From the NCBI GenBank assembly GCA_030603365.1, contig JAUVXV010000007.1:32001-96000 (forward strand): a stretch of 64,000 bases of DNA, in the 5' to 3' direction. The position numbers and the translations under genes were made by a program. The notes under the pieces are model-generated. The model had not been told where the DNA came from. It did not search any database and saw only the letters and a list, made by a program, of their open reading frames with translations. This document shows positions 20,743 through 31,900 of this stretch, one piece after another (position 1 is the first letter of the stretch; each line of letters starts with the position of its first letter). The DNA comes from Candidatus Heimdallarchaeota archaeon (GTDB taxonomy: Archaea > Asgardarchaeota > Heimdallarchaeia > Heimdallarchaeales > Heimdallarchaeaceae).

Positions 20743-21906
20743 CTATTCTTCATGAATATAATCCAAAGCTGTATCAATATCTTCTTCTTTTACTCTTGCT
20801 TTATCAGCATAATATTTTGTTAAATCCCATTTATTAAACTGAGCTCTTGTTAACTCAGTTATGCTTTGTTCTGTTTGTAGTATATTTGATAGAATCTCAT
20901 CTACTATCGTATCTTGAGAGAAATGGTTATTTGTGCTTAAACCAGGACAAGAAAAGTCAACCTCAACTAAGAATTGTTTTTCTTCAATTTGATTTATCAT
21001 GAACGGGTAATTTCGACAGCTCATTGGTTTAACGTCATGAATTGAACATAATTTATTTTCGAGATTTTGGTAGATGCATATACCTTCATTTTGTCTAAGA
21101 GCTAATTGAGTATCAGTAATCTCTCCAGAGATATTTTTCATGAACAGAATTGGTAGAGCAATGTCTTTAACATCACTCTTTGTTTCAGATGAAATGTTCA
21201 ATACTTCAATTATTGATGTGCTGACCATATTTGATGGAAAACCAATTCGTCTCTCAGAGAATAGCTTACCATAAGGTTGATTGCCTTTGTTTGGGATTGG
21301 ATTAATAGAATAATTGCTAGGTAACTCACATAAGTTACATTGTTTACAAGAATAACTGAAATCTTCAGGTAGAATGAGATCAATTGTTAAGCCATTATAA
21401 GAAATTGAATCTCTTGTCAGTTTGAATTTCTCAGTGATATAACTAAGAGAACTATCATCGAGTATGGTAATAACCTCTTCTAAGATTTCTGCAGCTGAAA
21501 CTTCAGTAAAAACTGATATTGACCCTCTGTAAATTCTATCGTTTTTGGGATTAAGTTTCTTAATTTCATTCAATTTATTCCAAATTGTTGTCTTTACTTC
21601 ATGATTCTTTATCAAAATTACTAGTTCAATTGTGTTACCTATTTTCTCACTATCTATTACTCTCAATATAACATCATGTTCTATAGGTAGAGATAGTTCT
21701 TTCCAGTATTTATCTATAATTTCTTTTTTACTTAGTTCTCCTAAACCTACCGAATACCCCTTTTCTAATAATTTCTCATTTACACATCTCAATATAAAGG
21801 GAGAATAATTAAATGACTCTGGTTCTAAATTTCTTCCCAATAATAATCTCATTAAATCTTCTTCTGCTTTTTGCTTAATTCCATCATTGATAAGAAGTCT
21901 AGTCAT
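20743..21906 (-). CDS. YkgJ-like cysteine-cluster protein with N-terminal extension
   Basis: FSYSCKQCNLC...CIYQ....KLCSIHDVKPMSCRNYPF...CPG. Confidence 0.8.
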   Translation of the reverse strand: MTRLLINDGIKQKAEEDLMRLLLGRNLEPESFNYSPFILRCVNEKLLEKGYSVGLGELSKKEIIDKYWKELSLPIEHDVILRVIDSEKIGNTIELVILIKNHEVKTTIWNKLNEIKKLNPKNDRIYRGSISVFTEVSAAEILEEVITILDDSSLSYITEKFKLTRDSISYNGLTIDLILPEDFSYSCKQCNLCELPSNYSINPIPNKGNQPYGKLFSERRIGFPSNMVSTSIIEVLNISSETKSDVKDIALPILFMKNISGEITDTQLALRQNEGICIYQNLENKLCSIHDVKPMSCRNYPFMINQIEEKQFLVEVDFSCPGLSTNNHFSQDTIVDEILSNILQTEQSITELTRAQFNKWDLTKYYADKARVKEEDIDTALDYIHEE

Positions 21907-21939
21907 TATCTCAAAAAACTAGATATTAACATAATACAA

Positions 21940-22014
21940 AATTCTTTCTGTAAACAAAGATAATTTTCAGAAAAAGGTTATAAGTGCATTTCCATTACAT
22001 TAAGTGGTTTGCAT
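21940..22014 (+). promoter_or_regulatory. BRE/TATA-type promoter, duplicated at 24062-24137
   Basis: ...agataattttcagaaaaaggTTATAAgtgcatttccatta..gtggtttgcatATG versus ...agataattgtgagaaaaaagTTATAAgtgtatatccatta..gtggtttgcttATG ahead of the paralog. Confidence 0.7.
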
Positions 22015-24054
22015 ATGTCTAAGAAATGCAGTGTAATTGCTCTAATTCTGTTATTTGTTATTCCTGTACAAGTAAGTGCAATCGGAATTAATCCAAATGA
22101 TCCGATTTTTCCTTATGATGATATAATGCCTTTAGCAAATTTAGTTTTGAAGACAAATGGGGGAGGTGTTAGACCGGATTATGCATTGTTTATAGCTGAT
22201 TATCTAAGAGATATAGGAATAGAAGTAGAGATAAAAATAGAAGAATGGTCAGTTTTCGTAGGTGCATTATTAGTAACACATGATTATGACATGGGGATAG
22301 TGAGTATTTCTGGAGGAGGTGCATCACCAGATATGAGGAATATATATACTGAAGCAGGAAATATGAATCTTTGTGGTCTTGATACAGACATACCATATGG
22401 TAATCAAAGCGAACAGATGCAAGAAGAATGTATGACTATGATGGATTTGCAAACTAGGCAACAGCATTATTATGATTGGCAACAGCTGATGATGGACAAG
22501 ATTGTTCCGATGTTACCTTTGTATACACCTCAGTCCTTTGTTGGTACATGGGCAAATACACTTGGTTATGATGCAAGCTGGGGAATAATTGATTCCCTAC
22601 CTTACATGTCTTATGATGGATACCATGAAGGTCAGAAATCTCTAACAGAGTTTAGAATAGCAGACGCAAATTTGAGAGAGCTCAACCCTATGTTTATTGA
22701 CAGTTATTTTGGTTATGGGTTCATTGGTAAAACTCTAAATGAAGAATTGGTTCTTCTTTCCCCCAGTCATGAACCAATAAAAACAGGATTAGTAAGAGAT
22801 TGGGAACGAATAGATGATTTTCATTTCAAATTCTACATGAGAGATAATGTTTTTTGGAACCCTTCGTATAATATTACAGAGAGAGATGAATATTCTCCAC
22901 CACTAAACACAATTCCAACAACTCAGTTAGCACGTGGACTAAAGAGTAACGAATATAGTGATGGATCTAACCAACAAGTAACGGCTAAAGATGCAGTCTT
23001 TACATTACTTCTCTGGGGCAATCCTACGATTAGTGAGTCTACTTCTTATCATGAATGGATTTCTAACATCTATGTAGATCCTGTAGACCCTCTAGTCTTT
23101 CATGTTCATATAGATGAAGATCCAGTTACTCCCGAGCCTGACTACTATCCTGACTTCTGGGAAAGATTGAACTGGATAGTCATGCCTGAATTCTTCTTGA
23201 ACTCAACTGACCCAACTGTTTCATATTCATCTGGAGGTGTTAAATGTACTGGACTCCACTTTGATATGATTAATTCTCCTCAATGGAGAATGTACAGCAT
23301 CTCACAATTTGGCTGTGGGAAGTATATGCTGGACTATACAGTTAGAAATGAAAAGACAGTACTCCAAGCTAGTCCATATTGGATGGGAGTTGGACCTAAG
23401 GATGGGTCAATAGAGGATTTGGATATTGAAACAATTACTGTCAGTGTTATCGTTGATGCTTCTGAAGAATTGGATGCTTTTAGAAATGGATATCTAGATT
23501 GGTCAGGTTTAAGGCAGTTCCCATCAATAAGAAAACAAATGCAGAAAGATCCAAGATTCAATGTTCAGTCATTCATTACTTCAAGTATGTCTTTCTTATT
23601 CTTCAATTTACAAAGACCTTTTATTGGTGGTTATGACAACTTTATTTATCTAGATGCAGCAGGTAAAGAAGAATACACTAAAGCTGTTTCAGTACGTAAA
23701 GCAATTTGTTATGCAATTGACAGAGAAGAGATGAATGAAGTAATCCACAATGGTGATTATCTTATTGCTCACAGTGTACTCTATCCTTATACAGGCTATT
23801 ATTACTACGATGACATTATCAAATACAAACGTGATCTCAAATTAGCTTCTGAATGGATGGGTTCTTGCGGGTATCCTGTACCTGATTACACTCCAACAGA
23901 CAATTCACTATGTTGTATTAATGGTACAACTACACCAACATCTTCCTTATCATATGTAACTAGCATAGTTGCATTTGTATTTATCATTGTGATCTCCTTG
24001 ATGACTAGAAGATTTCATTTTAGAATACCAAAAAGGAAATTAGAGAGAAAATAA
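22015..24054 (+). CDS. Family-5 (peptide/nickel) ABC solute-binding protein, circularly permuted, C-terminally anchored
   Basis: VTAKDAVFT, FGCGKYML, FLFFNLQRPF, VRKAICYAIDR. The YL..IGIEVEI...EW...PMLPLY block lies at the N-terminus. ATG 22015 preferred. Confidence 0.85.
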   Translation: MSKKCSVIALILLFVIPVQVSAIGINPNDPIFPYDDIMPLANLVLKTNGGGVRPDYALFIADYLRDIGIEVEIKIEEWSVFVGALLVTHDYDMGIVSISGGGASPDMRNIYTEAGNMNLCGLDTDIPYGNQSEQMQEECMTMMDLQTRQQHYYDWQQLMMDKIVPMLPLYTPQSFVGTWANTLGYDASWGIIDSLPYMSYDGYHEGQKSLTEFRIADANLRELNPMFIDSYFGYGFIGKTLNEELVLLSPSHEPIKTGLVRDWERIDDFHFKFYMRDNVFWNPSYNITERDEYSPPLNTIPTTQLARGLKSNEYSDGSNQQVTAKDAVFTLLLWGNPTISESTSYHEWISNIYVDPVDPLVFHVHIDEDPVTPEPDYYPDFWERLNWIVMPEFFLNSTDPTVSYSSGGVKCTGLHFDMINSPQWRMYSISQFGCGKYMLDYTVRNEKTVLQASPYWMGVGPKDGSIEDLDIETITVSVIVDASEELDAFRNGYLDWSGLRQFPSIRKQMQKDPRFNVQSFITSSMSFLFFNLQRPFIGGYDNFIYLDAAGKEEYTKAVSVRKAICYAIDREEMNEVIHNGDYLIAHSVLYPYTGYYYYDDIIKYKRDLKLASEWMGSCGYPVPDYTPTDNSLCCINGTTTPTSSLSYVTSIVAFVFIIVISLMTRRFHFRIPKRKLERK

Positions 24055-24137
24055 GGAAAATAATTCTCTCTGTAAAACTTAGATAATTGTGAGAAAAAAG
24101 TTATAAGTGTATATCCATTAAATTAGGTGGTTTGCTT

Positions 24138-26138
24138 ATGTCTAGAAAAGGAAAGATAATCACAATTATATTAATTCTAATTATTTCATTTCAAATTAGC
24201 TTTACTCAAGAAGCAGATGCAGCTGATGCAATAGCTAATCTCGTTTTGAAGACTAATGGTGGAGGAGTAAGACCAGATTATGCATTGTTTATAGTAGATT
24301 ATCTGAGAGTTATAGGAATTGAGGTAGAAATTAAAGTTGAAGAATGGTCAGTATTTTTGGGTGCACTAACATTGACGCATGATTATGACATGGGAATAGT
24401 GAGTATTTCAGGTGGAGGAGATTCTCCAGATATGAGATCTTTATACACAGAAGAAGGTCAAATGAATATATTTGGATTAGACAAAGCAATACCCTATGGT
24501 AATCAAAGTGAAATAATGCAAGCAACCGGTGTTACTATTACCGATCTTCCTGCTAGACAACAGCACTATTACGATTGGCAACAGCTAATGATGGACAAAA
24601 TAATCCCAATGTTACCTCTTTATGCTCAGAGAATGTATGTAGCCACATGGGCTAATACCCGTGGTTACGAGGGTAGATGGGGTATTGACGAATCCTTACC
24701 TTACATGGAATATGATGGTTATCATGAGGGTCAAACATCTCTTTCAGAATTCAATATACCAGGTAATAATTGGGGTGATCTTTTTCCATTGTTTATAAAT
24801 GATGAAACTGAAGAAATTATCTGGGATTTTGTATCTGAACCAGTTATACAGTATAGTCCTGATCTTGTTCCGTTGACAACTGGTATAATTTATAATTGGG
24901 TAGAAGTTGAAGAGTTTCATTATAAATTTTATCTGAGAGATAATGTTTATTGGAATCCATCGTACAATATAGCAGAACGAGATGAAGGTTCTAACCAATT
25001 GAGCACTGTACCTGTTGAACAACTTATGAAGGGACTAAAGAGTAATGAAACTAGTGATGGATATAACAAACAGGTTTCTGCAAAGGATGCTGTTTTTACG
25101 TTGCTAATCTGGGCAAATAATCTTCTAAATGAAGAATCTCAATCCTATGAATGGTTATCAGATTTATATGTTGATCCACTTGATCCTTTAGCTTTTCACC
25201 TCCACATAGATGGTAATCCAGCTACTCCACAAAATGAACATTATGTTGACTTTTTGTTAAGAATGAATGTTGGATTTCTACCAGAATTCTTCTTAAATTC
25301 ATCTAGATCAGATATAACTTATACAGATGGAGGAGTTGAATGTAGAGGGCTTTATCCGGAAATTGTTGAGACCCCTCAGTGGAGCAATTATTCTGATTCG
25401 GCATTTGGTTGTGGAAAGTATATGTTAGATTACTCAATTAAAGATTCTATCACTATTCTAAGAAGAAATCCTAACTGGTTTGGTATTGGAAGTATTGATG
25501 GTAACTTCCAAGACTTAGATTTTGATACTATTAACGTTCATGTTATCCCAAATGAAATAGATCAATTCAACGAATTTGTAGAAGGTAAACTTGATTGGTG
25601 TTCATTAGAAAAAGTTCGTAAATGGTATTATAATCCCTGGGATCCTATATTTAATATTCAAACGTTTATTACAGATAGTATGTCATTCTTATTTTTCAAC
25701 CTTCAGCGCCCTTTTATTGGGGGTGCAGATAACTTCATTTACCTTGATTACATAGGTAAGGAGACATACACTGTAGGTATAGCAGTACGTAAAGCAATTT
25801 GTTATGCTATAAATAGAGACGAAATGAACCAAGAACTACATGATGGAGAATACTTGGTTGCTCATAGTGTTCTTTACCCTTTTACCGCCTATTATTACTA
25901 TAATGATATCATAAAATACAATTATGATCTCCGTACTGCTTTCGAATGGTTAGGTGCTACAGGTTATCTTGTTCCAGACATTCCAATTGAAACTTATCCA
26001 TGTTGCACAACACCAAGTCCTATTAAAACAACTACTGCATCATACTTGAGTATCATAGTAGCTTTTGTTTCAATAGTTATAGTATCTTTGATGACCATAA
26101 GAATTCATATTAGAAAAACGAAACGAAAAATGAATTAA
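24138..26138 (+). CDS. Tandem paralog of the permuted family-5 solute-binding protein
   Basis: Same motif order and long identical stretches (ANLVLKTNGGGVRPDYALFI, RQQHYYDWQQLMMDK, SFLFFNLQRPFIGG). Confidence 0.85.
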   Translation: MSRKGKIITIILILIISFQISFTQEADAADAIANLVLKTNGGGVRPDYALFIVDYLRVIGIEVEIKVEEWSVFLGALTLTHDYDMGIVSISGGGDSPDMRSLYTEEGQMNIFGLDKAIPYGNQSEIMQATGVTITDLPARQQHYYDWQQLMMDKIIPMLPLYAQRMYVATWANTRGYEGRWGIDESLPYMEYDGYHEGQTSLSEFNIPGNNWGDLFPLFINDETEEIIWDFVSEPVIQYSPDLVPLTTGIIYNWVEVEEFHYKFYLRDNVYWNPSYNIAERDEGSNQLSTVPVEQLMKGLKSNETSDGYNKQVSAKDAVFTLLIWANNLLNEESQSYEWLSDLYVDPLDPLAFHLHIDGNPATPQNEHYVDFLLRMNVGFLPEFFLNSSRSDITYTDGGVECRGLYPEIVETPQWSNYSDSAFGCGKYMLDYSIKDSITILRRNPNWFGIGSIDGNFQDLDFDTINVHVIPNEIDQFNEFVEGKLDWCSLEKVRKWYYNPWDPIFNIQTFITDSMSFLFFNLQRPFIGGADNFIYLDYIGKETYTVGIAVRKAICYAINRDEMNQELHDGEYLVAHSVLYPFTAYYYYNDIIKYNYDLRTAFEWLGATGYLVPDIPIETYPCCTTPSPIKTTTASYLSIIVAFVSIVIVSLMTIRIHIRKTKRKMN

Positions 26139-26238
26139 GTTATGATGTTTGAGATATTGAGAAATCAAAGCTAGTCAAATGAATAAGTGAAACATCTTCT
26201 TACGTATTAGAATAAACTTGAGTTTCATATTATTTAAA

Positions 26239-26266
26239 ATGCAGTATAACTTATGTTATACCGCAC
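26239..26266. other. dif-like (Xer-type) 11-6-11 palindromic site
   Basis: ATGCAGTATAA-CTTATG-TTATACCGCAC; arms match 9/11 as an inverted repeat with ATAA-N6-TTAT core, in a non-coding gap. Confidence 0.45.
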
Positions 26267-26503
26267 CACTTTACCTAGAGTTATAGTTTAAGTTATAGGG
26301 GAAAACAATAATAGTTAAACAGATAAATTAACAAAAAATTACTGTAGTATATTAACTAAAGGTAAAATCAAATCAATGATTAAGTAAAAGATGAGTTAAA
26401 TGAGTAATAACAAGGACAAAATTAAAAATTTGGAATATTATTATTTCTAATGATTTGTATTCCTAGAAGGAAGAAGTTTTAAAAAGTCTATTCAAAGTAA
26501 GAA

Positions 26504-28144
26504 TTGACTGTTTTGATGATACTAATCAACATTCTGAAGAGAAAGAAGATTTTAGCAATTAGTTTTGGGATTCTAATAGTTCTTGGAACTACTTTAATTC
26601 TCATAAACTTCTTTGTTTCTTTACCTCCAAAAATTGACAGAATAGATGCAAGTCTTACATGGACAGATGTTTCAGTATTTCCACAAGCTGAGGGGTATGG
26701 TTCATTAACGCCTGGTGGGAGATACAACCCATTAACAGGACAACAAGGTGTAGTAATTAAAGTTACAAATCTAAATGATGCAGGATCTGGATCCCTAAGG
26801 GAAGCAATTGAAACTAAAGGACCAAGAATTGTGGTTTTTGAGGTGTCTGGGATAATCGAACTGGAAACTGAAATAGCGGTGTTAGAACCTTTTCTTACCC
26901 TAGCTGGTCAAACTGCACCTGGGGATGGAATATGTTTGAAAAATTATGGTATGACAATAATGGCTCCGAATGTTGTTGTTAGATTTATTAGATCGAGACC
27001 AGGTGACTCAATAACAGAAAATGCAGATAATATTGATTCAATGGCGATCATAGGAATACCACCACGAACTGATACCTACAATGTTGTCATTGATCATTGC
27101 AGTTTATCTTGGAGTCAGGATGAAATAATAAGTACATGGTATTCAGCTCATGATATCACAATTCAATGGTGTATATTTTCCGAAGCATTGAATAGAGCTA
27201 ATCATCCCAAAGAAACACATTCAATGGGTGTTTTAGTAGGGGATGGTGGTGACAATGTTACTCTTCATCACAATTTAAATGCTCACAATCTATGGAGGAA
27301 TCCTTTGCTCACTTGTGCTTCAGTTGATTATTTCAATAACATACACTATAATTTTGAAAGGGGGATGGAATTACATTACAGTCATTCATATCCAGTAAGA
27401 TTGAATGCTATAGGAAATAAATGGATACCAGGTACCAATACAACACTAGAATACATGCCGACATTCATTATCTACACAGATACACCCAAGAAAGACGAAC
27501 CTAGAATTTTTCTAGAAGACAATGAAGGACCTGCCAAAGGAGATCTCCTTAACAGAGGATATGATTATGATTTAGTGGGACCTACTTGGTCTTACCTTTA
27601 TGGTACAGAGCATGATGAGTTCATATCACACTATGCAGTTGAACAAAAGTTTCCCAATAGACCAAATGTAACTATCCAATCAGCAATTGATGCCTATGGT
27701 GATGTTCTAGATTTTGCTGGAGCTAGCTTGAGTAGGGATTCAACAGATAGTAGAATCATAAATGATGTTATATTCAAATCAGGAAGCTCTATTGACAGAG
27801 TATCTGAGGTAGGTGGATGGTCAATTTATAGTCAAGGAATTATTCTAATGGATAGTGATAACGATGGAATTCCTGACTCATGGGAAATAGCAAATGGTCT
27901 TGACCCCTTCAATTCAAGTGATAACTGGAATGATGAGGATGAGAATGGTTATGTTGCTATTGAAGAATATATCAACTCACTTGCTGATCATCTCTATCCT
28001 GCAGGCTTATACCAAAATATAAGAGAAAAGGATGATAATAACCTAAAAACAGAAGAAACTGATCATTTCGAGAACTTAAGAATAGATATTACAAGAAAAG
28101 AGAAAATTACAAATGTTAAACCATTCAAGAAGAGAAAAATGTGA
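26504..28144 (+). CDS. Polysaccharide lyase family 1 (pectate lyase-like), N-terminally anchored
   Basis: FPQAEGYG..TPGGR, VTNLNDAGSGSLREA..GPRIVVFEVSG, AGQTAPGDGI, IDHCSLSW..DE, RNP motif, C-terminal DSDNDGIPDSWE...GLDP. Exact start uncertain. Confidence 0.9.
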   Translation: MTVLMILINILKRKKILAISFGILIVLGTTLILINFFVSLPPKIDRIDASLTWTDVSVFPQAEGYGSLTPGGRYNPLTGQQGVVIKVTNLNDAGSGSLREAIETKGPRIVVFEVSGIIELETEIAVLEPFLTLAGQTAPGDGICLKNYGMTIMAPNVVVRFIRSRPGDSITENADNIDSMAIIGIPPRTDTYNVVIDHCSLSWSQDEIISTWYSAHDITIQWCIFSEALNRANHPKETHSMGVLVGDGGDNVTLHHNLNAHNLWRNPLLTCASVDYFNNIHYNFERGMELHYSHSYPVRLNAIGNKWIPGTNTTLEYMPTFIIYTDTPKKDEPRIFLEDNEGPAKGDLLNRGYDYDLVGPTWSYLYGTEHDEFISHYAVEQKFPNRPNVTIQSAIDAYGDVLDFAGASLSRDSTDSRIINDVIFKSGSSIDRVSEVGGWSIYSQGIILMDSDNDGIPDSWEIANGLDPFNSSDNWNDEDENGYVAIEEYINSLADHLYPAGLYQNIREKDDNNLKTEETDHFENLRIDITRKEKITNVKPFKKRKM

Positions 28145-28153
28145 AAGTTTTCT

Positions 28154-28750
28154 TTAATTGTTAAGAATTTTTTCCATAGCTTCTATTGTTGAGTTATCAT
28201 AAATTGAGGTTTGGAACAATACTACATTTTCCAATTTGTCCAAATCAAGATATTGTTTAAAGACTCTCATAGCATCATCTCGATTATCTTCTGTAATTAG
28301 ATCCATTTTGTGAGCAAAGACATAAACTCTTGGATCATCTGAGTATTGGTAAACATTTCTTAGTGCTCTTAACAAATACTGTCTTGACGAAGCATAAGCA
28401 CCTAAATTTACCGCTTCAATAACAAAAATCAAAGCTTTGACATTAGCAAAGATTTCCTGTTTAGAAACTTCAATAGCTTCTTCCAGATAAGAAATTTGAC
28501 CTCCAACATCATAGGTGAAGATTTTATGATCATTATAATTATACTTCATACGTTCAAACCTAACAGTAGCAACAAGATCTTCTGTATCCTCAGGTGCTCT
28601 CCCTTCAAATACGGTTTTTATAATAGAAGTCTTCCCTGTTTGAGTTAAACCTAAGAAAAGAATTTTACTACTAGAAGTATCACTCACCATTTCTTCAATA
28701 AGATTCTCTTCTTCTTTTATGTCTTGGTCTAAATAACTCATCATTTGCAA
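28154..28750 (-). CDS. Rag/Gtr-like small GTPase (G domain only)
   Basis: G1 GLTQTGKTS(IIKTVF), G2 ATV, G3 DVGGQ, IF.NV.ALIFV, G4 HKMD, G5 TSIYD. HKxD and TSI(W/Y)D are Rag-family signatures. Confidence 0.88.
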   Translation of the reverse strand: MQMMSYLDQDIKEEENLIEEMVSDTSSSKILFLGLTQTGKTSIIKTVFEGRAPEDTEDLVATVRFERMKYNYNDHKIFTYDVGGQISYLEEAIEVSKQEIFANVKALIFVIEAVNLGAYASSRQYLLRALRNVYQYSDDPRVYVFAHKMDLITEDNRDDAMRVFKQYLDLDKLENVVLFQTSIYDNSTIEAMEKILNN

Positions 28751-28906
28751 TCTTACTTACTAAAATAAAAATATTTCTAAAATCACAACAAAAGTTATAA
28801 CTAATCTGTTAGGTCAAAATAATGATTCTGTAAATGTCGAATATTTGAGACTTAAGAAAAGTTTAATATTTAGTTTATTCATTTTTTTTAAAAAGATGGT
28901 TCATTT

Positions 28907-31900
28907 ATGAATAATAAGTTCAAAGACTTATTTGTGCTTCTGTTATGTTTATCATCAATATACTATTTCAACATAATAAATGAACCTCTTAACAATGAAA
29001 ATTATAACATTAATTTAGAAGACCAATTATGTAATTTACCAATTGCTGAAAATCCAGAAGATGATTTTTGGATAGATAATCCTTACAGCATAAAACAAAC
29101 ACTTGAACCTGGAGATTTTCAACTTAGAGGTTTTTTCGTCCATGATTCCTTTGTCACTTTGAATCAAGATGGAACAGTCTTTGTGCTGGAACGATTTGAA
29201 GATATGTATGAAGATGGAAGTGGAGCTGTTAAAAAGAAACTAGAAATAGATAATACTAAGGTTTCTACCTGGCCATCCCAAAATGATACATACAAATATC
29301 TAAATGAAGAAATTTCCCCATTCACAAACTCCACAATGTTTACTTCTATATTTAATGCCGATTCTCTCATTACAGGAGAAGTCCATGTTCTTACACATCT
29401 TAAATCTGGCGGATATGATCCTCAAATAAACGTTACTCTTAAAGTGAGTCTAGCTTTTTTTAATCCAATAGATAGCAATACAACAGAAATTGCATCACTA
29501 GAGACAGCGATAGAAGTAGGTTTAAGCGAACTCAACCAAACAGTTTTCAATCTTGAGCTTAACAACACTTATTTCATACCTGCTGGGTATAGATTAAAAC
29601 TATCATTTAAGGCAAAAGTTTCTGATACTACTTTAAGAGCTGATGTTGAAATACTAACAAGTGAGAGAGGAGACTTTCCCTATACATGGGAAATTGTTGA
29701 TGGTATATATTCTAACAATTTCACATTCCTTGATTATAACAAAGTATTAGGTATGCAAATACGATATATGGATGTAGAGTATCCTGACATCTTTATTTCT
29801 GGAGTAACTAATGATTCGTTTTATTATGAAGTAATGAATATAACAATTGGTACAACTGGATCTATAAGGAATTCCTATAACTGGGACAATGGTTCTACAA
29901 TCTTTTTTGGAACTTCATCTATAACAATTCTTTTACCTGATACTGAAGGATGGCATTATCTTTATGTTACTGCAAAAGATGAATATGACAATTTAAGAGG
30001 TGTGCTCTATAAGTTTGGATATGATCCTACTTTTGCAGATTTAATATTAAATAGCCCAACTAATGGTTCTATTATTTCTTTAGATTCAATAATAGATTTC
30101 TCAGCTTCTGGATTACATAATTTTCGATATGAATGGGATAACAATGGAACAATAACTGAATTACTAACCCCATATGATATTTCTTCTATACCTGTTTCAG
30201 ATGGCTTACATATTTTATCAATCTATATCAATGATACTTTTGAAGAAACGAAAGTGAATTTTGCATTCTTTGTTGATAATAGCGGCCCACTCATAGAATT
30301 ATATAATGTCATAGATGGTTCAACACAACCAGCAGGAAAAGTTATTGAAGTTAATATTACAGATATACGACCTTTATCATATGTCCAATATAACTGGGAT
30401 GACAAATCAGATCTTGCTTGGACACCAAGTGAAGGAACTATTTTCAAAACCTATCTTCCAGAATCATTGGGGATACACAATTTAACAATTTTTGCAAATG
30501 ATTCATATGGATTTACAAGTGCGGCATATTTCTCCTTTGATGTTGATCCAGATCAAATTCTTATTGAGCTTAGAACAATGAAAGACAATTCGTATTATTA
30601 TGGTGGAGATATAGTAGAAGTAACAGTTTCAGGGATAAATGGATCGATCTTCTTCTCATGGGATGGAGGACCAGAAATAAATGGAACTGATTTTTGGGAT
30701 TCAGTAAATAGTATACTAACATTGAATGGCACGAATGCTTTGTCTATAGATTATACGTATGTGCATTATCTGAATATAACATCTTTTGATAAAGATGATG
30801 TTAAATATAGTGTTGTTTTTACGTTTACTTTAGATCAAGAAAACCCAACAGAAGAGGGTTCAAATGTTAGTGATTTAAATGGAACTAGACATAAAAGTTC
30901 AGAGAGTCTAGTGTTTCTTTTTGATGACAATTTTACTACTGATAGCAACCTAATCATATTAGTGTCCATAGATGGAAATACAAATCAAACTCTATCTTCC
31001 CAATATACTCTAGACTTATATTTGTTAACTGAAGGTGAATATAACTTAACGATTTATGTTTCTGATATAGCAGGCAATTATTTCATCATAAGTATCATAA
31101 TATTCGTAGATGATAGTGCCCCAGTAGTTGATTCACTAGATATTGATAACTTTGCTGATTTAATAGATGGTTCGAAATATGTTCCTGCTAACATTCATGT
31201 AGAAATAAGTTTAACTGATGAAGATCCATTAATTTATAGCTATTATTCTTGGAATAATTCCGCTTTCATTCTTTTTGTAGATAGTTTTGATCTAGTTTCT
31301 GATGAAGGATTATCAACTTTAGTTATCAAAGTAAATGATTCAGCAGGCAACTTCTATATAGCTTTCAGTCAAAATGTAATTGTTGATATCGAAGCTCCAA
31401 TAATTAATTTTGTTTTTCCATATAACTATTCTATCATTAATTCAGATACAAATCTGAATTTCCTTGCCCAAGACATAAAGGATCAAACAATTGAAACTTT
31501 AAAATATACTTGGGACATCTTGCCTGGTGCAGATTTCTATATTGGAGATCCAGAATTCACCATTAATGCTTTAGAGTTTTATAATCACGATTCTATTGCA
31601 ATATTATCTATTCATGCTGAAGATATTGTAGGGAACATCAAACTATATAATTTTAGTTTTACAATTGATAAAGAAGCACCAATAGCAGAGATTCAAATTT
31701 ATGATTATCTTTCCGATAGCTATATACCTATTTTTGATGCTAACAACAGCTATGTCTCAGAAAGTAGCGATATTATAATCAATGATGTTTCAAGTGATAT
31801 AAAATCGTTTATCTACATCTGGGATGAGAATGGAACAGAATTTGTATTAGAGTCTCCATGGGTATTTCCAGCAATAACTTTAACTGGAACTCACTCTATC

